Assembly: GCF_036365525.1 (NCBI RefSeq)
Contig: NC_090387.1
Coordinates: 88,515,691 to 88,579,690 of the forward strand
DNA from: Heterodontus francisci
Taxonomy: Eukaryota
Direction: 5' to 3'
DNA length: 64,000 nucleotides
Position numbers and translations under genes: made by a program. Numbering within the stretch: the first letter of the stretch is position 1; each line of letters starts with the position of its first letter. Positions 1 to 12,100 of the stretch are shown piece by piece. The notes beneath the pieces are model-generated. The model was not told the DNA's origin. It saw only the letters and a program-made list of their open reading frames with translations, and made no database searches.

Positions 1-50
1 TATTCATTATTTACTTTAAAGAAAATAATCGCTTCAGTTCGCTGCTCAAG

Positions 51-102
51 ATGCTGAGAGCCTTGCTTCCTTACATGGTGTTTCTGGCAATCAGTTGTCC
101 AG
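51..102 (+). CDS. Exon 1: signal peptide [17 protein letters not shown]
   Basis: ATG at 51, hydrophobic leader, donor CCAG|gtaaat in phase 1, as typical for IgSF leader exons. Confidence 0.85.
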
Positions 103-3100
103 GTAAATTTATTTTGTATCAACGCTCTCTCATTTCTTAAATTGACGAATATCATTTAATGTTCTCTTTTAGCTCTTCATGTTACTTTCCGCTTATTTTT
201 CATTATTTCTTTTCTACTTCTGAACTTTCTGCCTGTTTGTCAACTGGACAATTTAAATTGATGTTTCTTTGTTTAATGCTGCGTTTAATACTTTTTCGAC
301 AGCCGCTGGCAATTCTTCATCAACCGTGACACAGACTCCCGAATCCAAAGTGATGAGAGGAGGCTCCGTGACTCTTTACTGCATATTTCCCATCTTTTCA
401 GACAAGAGACCAGTGAAAGTGCATTGGTGGAGAGACGGGCAGGGTGGGTTCCTGGAGGAAAGTGTAGACAGGAGAATCCGGTTTTATTTCTTAAACCAAG
501 GGGGAGCTGCCTTTAAACTTACAGCCGCGAGAGCCGAGGACGCGGGGCTCTATTACTGCAGAGTGTCACACAAAGAGGTTGCAAATGGTACCGGCACAAG
601 ACTGGCTGTATATGGTGAGTGTCAATGTCGACGAGAATCGAATTTCGGTCACATATTGTGTAGAGTTTTAAAGCTATCACCTGCTCTGTCGCCTTAGAAA
701 TACGAGCTTTATTTATTCATTCGGTCCACGCGAGGGTTGTTGACAAGCACAAATTTTAATGCCCATCGCTCGTTACCGTTAACAAGTGGTGTTGAGCCGC
801 CTTCTTGAAAGCTTGCAGTCGGGTAGTGAAGATAATGTCGTAGTTCTGTTAAGTAGGCACTTCCTCGATTTTGCGCAAACATGGTAAATTACCGACGATA
901 GAAGCACAAGTCAGGGCGATATGTGACTTGGAGTATATATGGAGGGCGGATTTCCAGGCACCTGCTACTCTTGTCCTTCCAGGTGCTTGAGGTCCCGGGT
1001 TTGGAAGGTGCAGTCGATTCACCCTTGGAGTGCTGCTGCAGTGAACTTTGAAAACAGAAAGCACCCCAGCCACAGTGCGCCATTGATGGACAAAGTTCAT
1101 AATTAAGCTGGTTGATGGGGTTTAGATGAAGCAAAGTACTTTTACGAGCTGGATGTTCTTCTCCTGAGTGTTGTTGGAGCCGCAATCATCCAGCCAAGTT
1201 GAGAGAATTCTATAACACTCCTAATCTGTGCCCTATAGGTGCTTGAAACTATTTGGATCGTCAGCAGGTGAGTCAATCGCTGAAGCATACCCATTTTTGA
1301 GGAACTCTTTATCACTGTATGAATGTAGAGTGTCCAAGTTAAGTTTCTGTTCCTAAAGTTGACCGTCTGGATGTTGATTGAAATGGCATTGAATGTCAAA
1401 CGCAGGTGGATAGACTCTTGTTAGAGATGATAAATGGCTGGCATTTATGTTGCACGAATGTTGCTTGCCATTTTTCAGCACTTGTCTAGATTGTGGCCGG
1501 ATCGCGTTCCATGTGGACATGCCTTGATTCATTATATGAGGAAATGTGAATGGCACTGAATAAAAGCGAACTGTTGAACTTTCGATGAGGGGAGATTCAT
1601 TGATGAAGCAGCTGAAGATGGTTGTGCCTAAACCACTGCACTGTGGAATTCTTACAGCGACGTACTGGGGCTGAGATGATTGACCTGCAGCAAGCACAGC
1701 CTTCCTTCTTTATGCTAAGTACAACTCCAACCAAGGAGGGAGGTAGTTAGGGAGAGAGTAAGCCCCCTTAAGGATCAGTGTGGTAATCTATGTGTGGAGC
1801 CACGGGAAATGGGCGAGGTCTTAAATGAATACTTCTCGTCCGTATTTACCGTGGAGAAGCTCGTGAGTTCAAGGGAGGGAATAGCGATATCCTGGAGCAT
1901 ATCAACATTACAAAGGAGGAGGTGTTGGAGGTTTTGAAACACATTAAAGTGGATAAATCTCCAGGGCCTGACCAGGTGTATCCTAGGATGGTATGGGAAG
2001 AAAGGGAGGAGATTGCTGGGGCCCTGGCAGAGATTTATGTATCATCATTAGCCACAGGTGAGGTACCGGAAGAGTGGAGGATAGCTAATGTTGTGCCTTT
2101 ATTTAAGAAGGGCAGCAGGGATAAGTCAGGGAACTACAGGCCGGGAGCCTTACGTCAGTGGTGGGAAAGCTATTCTGAGAGACAGGATTTATATGCATTT
2201 GGAAAGGCAAGGTCTCATTAGGGATAGTCAGAATGGCTTTGTGCATGGGAAATCATGTCTCACGCATTTGATTGAGTTTTTCGATATGGTAACCAAGAGG
2301 ACTGACGAGGGCAGGGCGATGGATGTTGTCTACATGGACTGTAGCAAGGCCTTTGACAAGGTCCTACATGGTAGGCTGGTCTGGAAGGTTCGAACACATG
2401 GGATCCCGGGTGAGCTAGCCAATTGAATACAAAGTTGGCTTGGTGATAGGAGGCAGAGTGTGGTAGTGGAGGGTTGTTTTTCAGATTGGAGGCCGGTGAC
2501 CAGTGGTGTGCCAAAGTGATCATTGCTGGGCCTTCTGTTGTTTGTCATATATATTAATGAGTTGGATGTGAATGGAGGGGGCATGATTGGTATGTTTGCA
2601 GATGACACCATAATTGGTGGCACAGTGGACAGTGAAGAAGGTTGTCTAAGGTTACAACAGGATAATAGATAAACTGGGGAAGTGGGCAAGGGATTGGCAA
2701 ATGGAATTTAACGCAGACAAGTGCGAAGTGATGCATTTAGGGAAGTTAAACCAGGACATATACAGTGAATGGCAGGGCCCTGGGGAGTGTTATTCAACAG
2801 ATAGACTTTGGGGTGAAAGTACATAGTTCCCTAAAAGTGGCAACACAGGTAGACAGGGTGGTGAAGAAGGCATATGTCATGCTTACCTTCATTGTCTGAG
2901 GCATTGTGCATAACAAGAGTTGCGACGTCATGTTATTACAGTTCGACATAACGTTGGTTAGGCCGCACTTGGATTCTGGTCGCCGCACTACAGGACAGAC
3001 GTGATTAAGCTAGAGAGACTGCAGAAAAGATTCACAAGGATATTGCTTTGTTTGGAGGGCTTGAATTATAAAGTCAGATTGGATAGGCTGGGTCTGTTTT

Positions 3101-6100
3101 CCCTGGAGTGAAGGAGGCTGAGAGGGGACATGATAGAGGGATATGAAATTATGAGAGGCATAGATAGGGTAGATAGTCAGAGTCTGCTTCCCATGGTCGG
3201 GGTGACTGAAACTAGAGGACATAGATTTAAGATGAGAGGGAGGAGGTTTAAAGGGGATCAAAGGGGTAAATTTTTCACACAAAGTACAGTGGGTATCTGG
3301 AATGAGCTGCCAGAGGAGGTGGTGGAGGCAGGAACAGTAGCAACATTTAAGTGGCATTTGGACAGGTACTTGAATGAGAAAGGCATAGAGGGATATGGAA
3401 TTAATGCAGGCAGGTGGGATTAGTATAGATAGGCATTATGGTCGGCATGGACACGGTGGGCTGCAGGACGTTATGACTCTATGACTCTGAGAGCTTCTTG
3501 CCGATCTCGGTTGATTTCAGTTGAACAAGCATTTTAAAGTGCAATCTTCATTGCTCTCTACTTTCGAAATGTATCTGATTTTCCATTGCTTCTGCATAAG
3601 CTTTCCACCTTTATTTGAGTAGTTTGTTCAACAATATATAAGAATATACGTTTAAAATGTTGTTTTAACTGTTATGCAGACATAAACGGTGCAGAATTAA
3701 ATAACTAAACAACTATATATTTATCAAAATCTGAGAATTATTACAACACTCACTGTCGGCATTCAACTTTCGGTGCATACGTTGTAATTTGTAATGGATT
3801 AGGAAGCGAACTGAAAGAACGTATTAATACAGTAATATGTTTAAACCTTGATACTCCAGATAAACTGGACCTCTGGATTTGCTTCCTTTGCTCTGTGCCG
3901 GCTCTCTGCTAACCTAGTCGCACTCCCCGCCTTTCCCCAGTAGCCCTGTATTGTTTTTCTTCTTCTCAGATAATTATCCAATTCACTTTCAAAGGCTTCC
4001 ATTGCACACACTCTGATTAAGGATGCCAGTCTCGCCTTTACCCTTATTATGAAATCTTGTCATACGACCTTTAATGCCCATAGCGTCGGGGAGAGCGAAC
4101 TCAGTTTAAAGTTCCATTAGAAAACAAAGGCAAACGTTGCCATGCAGCCCTCCATCGCATACTACAACATCACCAGAAAATGTAAGCCCTGTTTTAGTTT
4201 GGAGCTTGTATCCAAATCTGGCGGAAGCAAGGAAAAAGCACTGAACTACGATGCAATTATACTAACTCACACTTTGCACTGGACTTTTATCGAATTTACA
4301 TTAAATTTTTACATTAAATTGGTGAGAGATTGAGCTATTTTACAAAATTTTGAATTGCAATTTCACATTACTGGTTCGAAGTTGCGGTCTCAGGGCGATC
4401 TTTCTAAGGATGAGGCCATATGGATCTTAATCCCTAAAATAAAACAAAAGTTATTGAAGGGCAAGGTATCTGTCTGTTGCTGTAGATGGTAGAACAGTTA
4501 GGTATTTGAATGTTTTAAGCATTTGGGGAAGTATGGACAAAATGATAAGAAGCTGTAAAAACGTAATTCATTTATTTCGCAGATAAACCGAAGGGATGTG
4601 ACGGATGGAAAGCGTAATAAACATTTTCATTGTTCCGTCTCTGAAATGCTGATAGATTTACATAAATTCAAATTATTGTCTTTAAAGTTCCCCGCGCCGC
4701 ACCCCCCCCCCCCCCGCACCCCCCCCCACCCCCCCCCCCCCCAAAAAAAAGAAAGTACCATACGCCGTTGTTTAATGTTTCCTCTTTGCCTTTCGCATGA
4801 ATCCGGTACCGGAAGATAATTGCCCAATACCTGTCATGTAACACGGTAAAGCGTATTTCAAATTTGAAGGGTCATTGCGGTTTAATTATGTCTTCTCTCG
4901 GGTTTCCAGCGATAGAATTTGCTTCAAATTCCCAAAAGCAGCTCCAGGATTAAAAAGAATTTCTTGCTGTACTTTTGTAGAATCTCCGAGCCCTCTACAG
5001 ATGGTCTTCAGTCGGTCTGAGAACGGATCAGCTGTTCCTCTGACGCTCAGCTGTAAAACAGCGGCGTATTTCCCGGATGATCTGAACATCACTTGGTACA
5101 AAAATGGGTCGGAAATTAGCACAGGGATGGAACAAAGGAAATGGCAGAATGCAGCAGGACTGTATGAGGCTTCCAGCAAACTGACTGAGATAGAGCCTGT
5201 AGAGAATGGGACTGTTTACACCTGTCAGGTCTCCCACATCTCTCTTCGGATACCAGCCAACGTCAGCTACACTTTCTATATCTTGGGTAAGATCAAGCAA
5301 TGAGATTAGTTACTTTGTAATTTGATGTGTGAAGAAAATAATTGTAATGCTCAGGTGCGCGTGCTGCATGACCCACAGTAGAACTGCGTTGTAACAAGTC
5401 TTACTAAGAAATTTGACTGAACCAGCCGTTGAAATACTGTAATTCCAAGAGCTGGCCAGAGGCTGTAAATACTGTGATGAGTAACACATTTCGTAACTCT
5501 CCAAAATCCTGCATACCTCTACAAACTACGAGTCAGGAGTGTGTTTGACTATCTCTGAAGCATCTATATCAATGATTTGGATGTGGGGATCAAATATAAT
5601 ATTTGCTGATGACACAAAACTAAGTGGGAATATGAGTTGTGAGGATGATTCAAAAAGGCTTTAAGGGGATTTAGACAGGCTAAGTGAATGGAACAGGAAC
5701 ACGACAGCTGGAATATAATGTGGAAAACGTGTAATTATCCACTTTGGTAGGAAAACAGAAATGCAGAGTATTTCTTAAATGCCGAAAAATTGGGAAGTGT
5801 TCAAAGGGTGTCCTTGTTTATAAGTCACTGCAAGCTAACATGTAGGTGCAGCAAGTAATTAGGAAGGAAAATGGGATCTTGGCCTTAATTGCAAGAGGAC
5901 CTCCACACAGGAACAAAATAACAGAATTGCTGCAATTGTATAGAGCCTTGTGCAATCATCAGCGAACATCCCCACTTCTGACCTTATGATGGAGGGTAGG
6001 TCATTGATGAAGCAGATGAAGATGGTTTGGCCTCGGACACTACCCTGAGGAACTCCTGCAGTGATGTCCTGCGATTGAGATGATTGAACTTTAACAGCCA

Positions 6101-9100
6101 CAACCATCTTCCTTTGCGCTAGGTACGATTCCAACCAGTGGAGAGTTTTCCACCTGATTCTCATTGATTCTAGTTTTGCTAGGGCTCCTTGATGCCATAC
6201 TCGGGCAAATGCTGCCTTGATGTCAAGTGCAGTCACTCCCACCGTGTGAGAAATCCTCTGCCATTACGTAATTCTGCATTTAACCCACAGATAGTTCGAA
6301 ATCCTGTTAATATTTTTCAGTTAACTTTGTAGCTAGAAATAGGCGTTACCACCTCTAAGTTTCGGAAATAAAATCCATTCTAACTAATATCTGGAAATGA
6401 AATACAACTATTTGCATTCGTATCGGTGAAGTTATTGGATTGCCATAAAAACTCAGTTCGTCCATTAACATCCTTCAGTGAAGGAAACTCGCTTTCCTTT
6501 GTCATGCTGGTCTTTAGGCGATTCTAGTACTGCATCAGTCACTCGAAGTCATAATTTGTCTTTGAAAGTGGTCGAGCAAGCCACTGAGTTGGATCAAATT
6601 AGGGATGACAGTCAATAGCGGAATTTCCAACCATGCTCATAAATGCAAATTGAATTAAATAAATGTGGGCACAGAAAGTTATTTCTCAGTCGTTACCGAG
6701 TCGCTCCAGATGACTTTTATTTGGACAGCTGACACTTCGACACTAACCGAGATTTTGTCCAATGCCCAGCTGACAGAGACAGTGAAATGTGACTTATCAT
6801 TACCCTACTCCTGTCTTGAAATTATTTCGTGGATTCTCAACAGATCAGCATCATGTTTCTGTTTACAAGATTGAATTCCACTTCAATACTTTAATTTCAG
6901 TTTTCTTTAAAGTGCGTGATGCAACAGACCACCGTACAAAATAAATAAAAATGACGGAAAAAGATTCGAAAATCTACGTTAACTGTGAATTTCTATACAG
7001 CTGCTGCAAGATCTGCTGAGCATTTCCTCATTTTCTGCTGTTATTTCAGATCTCTACCATTCGCATTGTTGGTCTCAATCAAACTCAAATTGCTCGGGAA
7101 TAAAACAGAAAGTGCTGAAAACACTCAGTTCTGATGAAAGGTCACAGACCTGAAACGTTGACTCAGCTTCTCTCTCCACAGATGCTGCCTGATCTGCAGA
7201 GTTTTTCCAGAACTTTCTGTTTTTATTTCAGATTTCCAGTATTTAGTTTTTTTTATCATACTGCTCGTGTTTGCAATACACGGAGTGAGATTGGGAGTCT
7301 CAGCGTGAATGATTATAGGAAATATTTCCCTGTGCTTTCTTTGTATCCAGCACAGGGCCGTCAGAGGAAACATTGCACTGAGTTTACTTTGTAACTAACA
7401 AAGAAGGTCATAGGATATATACACCACTACCGACTATCTATCTAACACAAAGCCGCCTTAGGAAACTTACCCTTTATGCTGATTATGTCCCTCGCACAGG
7501 ACCGTCGGAGGAAATATATGCCTGTATTAACTTTGCATCTATTGAAGAACCCTATTAGGAAACCTTCTCCTCTGCTTACTTTGCGTCTAAAACAAAAGAG
7601 TCATAGAAAATATTGCCCCGACATTAAAGATAAGCAGAAGTGAAGAGGTTGGAATAAATTGATACATTATTATCTGAATACGCTGTACATATTTTACAAA
7701 TTACGTCTATATTCACAATTAATCTAGCAGGTTATGGTGACACCAACGATTATCCACTGATTTGCGGTTGTCTGGCAGCAGGACTGATAATTTTCCTGAT
7801 CTTAATCTTCATTGTGAAGATAAGAGGTAAGACACAATGTCTATTAATTCGGTAGATTATTGTAATATTCCTCAGTTGGATTTAAGTGCTGGTAAATGTC
7901 AACCCGAGCAACGTATACTGTGCGCACATAGTTGCTTCGATTTAATGGTTCCATATCAGTTTCCGATGGTTTCACCTGGTAGGTTAATTCAGCCGAATGC
8001 TGTATATCGGGGTGTGTCGTAGAGGGGATAGTTCATTTGTGATGTCCCCGGTGATTACTTTGCCTCCCAGAACCCACTTCTTTGGAAGTCATGCATGCAC
8101 TCTCGCGGGCCGTTAACTTACACCAACATGAGTCATGTTTTCTATTCAACGCAGCTAACAGCCTGAAAATAAAGCCTGTTAATACTGTCGAGATTTAAAC
8201 CGAAACATATCCTGAGATTATTTTCTTTGCACACATGCTTTGAATCGCAACATAGGACGACAGGATGTTCCAGACATTCTTTGGCAAGAAATGATGAAGA
8301 ATTGCAATTGAACTTGTTCATAGACTAAGTTGGTTATGAGGACCTACCGGCCTCCTGGTATCAGTTATAACATTTTAGTGGGAGGTGCAATACCTGCTCA
8401 TTTACCTCCTCTCTCCTCACTATCCAAGGCCCCAAATACTCCTTTCAAGTGAGACAGCGATTTACTTGTACTTCTTCCAATTTAGTATACTGTATTCGCT
8501 GCTCACAATGTGGTCTCTTCTACATTGGGAGAGCCCAGAATACTGAGGGAGGCAAGGGAAGAAATTGCTGGGGTCTTGACAGAAATCTTTGCACCCTCAT
8601 TGGCTACAGGTGAGGTCCCAGAGGACTGGAGAATAGGCAATGTTGTTCCTTTGTTTAAGAAGTGTAGCAAAGATAATCCAGGAAATTATAGGCCGGTGAG
8701 CATTACGTCAGTGGTAGCGAAATTATCAAAGAGGACAGGATTTACTCCTATTTGGAAACAAACGAACTCATTAGCGAGAGGTGGCATGGTTTTGTAAAGG
8801 GGAAGTCGTGTCTCACTAATTTGATTGAGTTTTTTGAGGAAGTGACAAAGATGACTGATGAAGGACGGGCAGTGGATGTTATCTATATGGACTTCAGTAA
8901 AGCCTTTGACAAGGTCCTTCATGGCAGACTGGTACAAAAGGTGAAGTCCCACGGGATCAGAGCTGGCAAGATGGATACAGAAGTGGCTCAGTCATAGGGG
9001 ACAGAGGGTAGCAGTGGAAGGGTGCTTTTCTGAATGGAGGGATGTGACTAGTGGTTTTCTGCAGGGATCAATGCTGGGACCTTTGCTGTTTGTCATATAT

Positions 9101-12100
9101 ATAAATGATTTGGAGGAATATGTAGCTGGTCTGATTAGCAAGTTTGCGGACGACACAAAGGTTTGTGCAGTTCCGGATGGTGATGAGGATTGTCAGAGGA
9201 TACAGCAGGATAGAGATCAGTTGGAGACTTGGGCAGAGAAATGGCAGATGGACTTTGCGGATAAATGTGAGCTAATGCATTTTGGAAGGTCTAATGCAGG
9301 TGGGAAGTATATAGTAAATGGCAGAACCCTTAGGAGTATTGACCGGCAGAGGGATCTGGGCGTACAGGTCCACAGGTCACTGAAAGCGGCAACGCAGGTG
9401 GATAATGCAGTCAAGAAGGCATACGGCATGCTTGCCTTCATCGGTCGGGGCATGGAGTATAAAATGTGGCAAGTCATGCTGCAGCTGTACAGAACCTTAG
9501 TTAGGCCACACTGAGAATATTGCGTGCAATTCTGGTCACCACACTACCAGAAGGACGTGGAGGCTTTGGAGAGGGTACAGAAAAGGTTTACCAGGATGTT
9601 GCCTGGTCTGGAGGGCATTAGCTATGAAGAGAGGTTGGATAAACTCTGATTGTTTTCACTGGAGCGGTGGAGGTGGAGGGGCGACATGATAGAGGTTTAC
9701 AAAGTTATGAGCGGCATGGACAGAGTGGATAGTCAGAAGCTTTTACCCAGGGTGGAAGAGTCAGTTACTAGGGGGCATAGGTTTAAGGTGAGAGTGGCAA
9801 AGTTTAGAGGCGATGTGCGAGGCAATTTCTTTACACCGAGTGTGGTGAGTGCCTGGAAATTGCTGCTCGAAGCAGGTACGATAGTGACGTTTAAGAGGCA
9901 TCTTGACAATACATGAATAGGATGGGAATAGAGGGATACGGTCCCCGGAAATGCAGAAGGTTTTAGTTTAGGCAGGCATTAAGATCGGCGCAGGCTTGGA
10001 GGGCCGAATGGCCTGTTCCTGTGCTGTATTGTTCTTTGTTCTTTTGTTTTTTTTTTGTTCAAATGCAGACTGGGTGACCGCTTTGCGGAACAACTGCATT
10101 CAGTCCAAAAGCATAACCCCGAGCTTCCGATTGCAACAACAACCCCCCCCCCCACCCCCCGCCCCACCCGCTCTCATGCCCATATCTCTGCTCTGGGATT
10201 GCCGCAGTGTTCCAGTAAACATCAACACAAGCTCGAGAAACAGCATCTCATTAACCAAATAGGCACGCTACAGCCTGCCATACTGAACATTTAATTAAAT
10301 AATTTCAGAGCATGATGGGCTCCCCTTTTGATTTTGATTTTTAGTTTTATTTTCTTTTTTCTTCTTCATTTTTATTTTTTATGTGTTTATTTTATTTCAG
10401 TTTGTTTAGTTTGATTCTACTGTGCCTACCCATTGTTTTTTCCATGTTTGTGCTTTGGGCCAGGGCTGTTCATTTTCCTGACAATTAACACCCTCTCTGC
10501 ACTAAAGCTTTGTCTTTCACCATACCATTAACATACCGTTTGACTTTGCTCCATGACCTTCCGGTCAGTTATTCTTTGTGACCTTGTCCTATCAACACCT
10601 TCTCTTTTGTTATTTCTTGCCCCACCCCAACTTTATTTGCTTAAAACCTGTTACATTTCTAATGTCTGCCAGTTTTGAAGGGTCACTGACCTGAAACGTA
10701 AGCTCTTCTTCTCTCCACAGATTCTGCCAGACCTGTTGAGTATTTCCAGCATTTCTTGTTTTATTCAAGATTTCCAGCATCTGCAGTATTCTGCTTTTAT
10801 TGTAACATTTTAGTAGATTGATTGATAAGGAATTAAAATATCTTTCCCTAATTTACTTCTCCTTTAGGGACACGTAGAAAGCTGCCAAAACATGATCAAC
10901 GCATTGCGCAGGTAAATTCATCGCACTAACAATATCAGAAGTAACGATATATTTTTTTAAGTACTTCCAGCTTTTACCAGATATTCCCTTGCTTTCTGCT
11001 TACACTGTATAATTAAAAGGGCATGATGCAATTAGATATCATGAAACGCCACAATAATGAAATCAAAATAATCGATGAGCTACTTAAATTATCTCAATAG
11101 AAGGATTAGTTTAATCAGTTTCGAGTCCTGCTTCATTCTTTTCCAAAAATCATTACCTCAGTCCCTCGACTACCTGCATTTTGAGAGTCATGCGAACTTG
11201 AATGTCTGCAATACCTTCAATTGAATAAAATACCTTCAGGTTGTTTCAGTCGACAAAAGACAGACTGCTGCTTGTGGGACAATTATAGGATTTGAACAAC
11301 GTAGCGAAGTTAATTCTTGAGGGGTGATTTCCACAATTTTGAAACAACAACCATAAAATAATTTGCTTTGGTATATATAAATATCTATAAAACGAGTGGC
11401 AACAATCAAAAGCAATGGCACAAAACCGGAATACATCCATTTGAATGAGCTTACAAATAAACTAGCCTAAAACAATTTGGCCAGTGGCACATAAGCCATA
11501 CACTGCATAGTTAGACAACAAACTAAAGGATAACAAAGAGGAATACGGAAAAGATTTGCAAGTAAGTAAAATCAACCAACAATTTAAAAGATAAAGTGAA
11601 ACTACAAAATTAAATTATTAAGGAACGGACAAATAAATAGTATTCTATCGATGCATAAATGAGAAAATGAAAATCAAGTTAAGGATAGGCCTGCATAAAA
11701 TTACATCGGAGTAAGTCACAGATAATGACCTTGGAATGGAAGAAATAATAGATAACTTGCCTCGATATTTACCAGGTAGCCAATCATGGTGGCATGGCAT
11801 TAGAAGTCAAGAGGTCTGTTTTTCAAACAAAGCCACTTCAGCTAGAAAGAGCCAAGGAAATTGATATACTCCTCAGACCTATACAACATATGCACCTAAT
11901 CCAGATGGATTGCATCCGTGTATTTTGAGATAGCAGAGGCACAATTACACATATAAGTGAAAATAATTAGCAAAGGGAATAGTGCCATAATACTGGCATA
12001 TGATCACTTAAAAATGTGTTAAGGGAACTTTAGACCAATTAGCTTAACGTTAATGGGGCCAACAATAATGGGAATCTCACTCAAAGGTATAACAGAAAAA

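Noticed and set aside
269-697. 142-aa ORF as a standalone single-exon Ig protein
   Set aside because: Starts at a TTG inside intron 1 and runs past a perfect donor; only 303..614 is exonic.
570-700. Rearranging Ig/TCR V segment with RSS
   Set aside because: No CACAGTG heptamer/nonamer after YYC, the J-like strand is already fused, and the downstream tail carries ITIMs.
7317-7620. CRISPR-like array or coding stalk repeat
   Set aside because: Eukaryotic context, similarity spans the whole unit (no unique spacers), in-frame stops and no splice sites.
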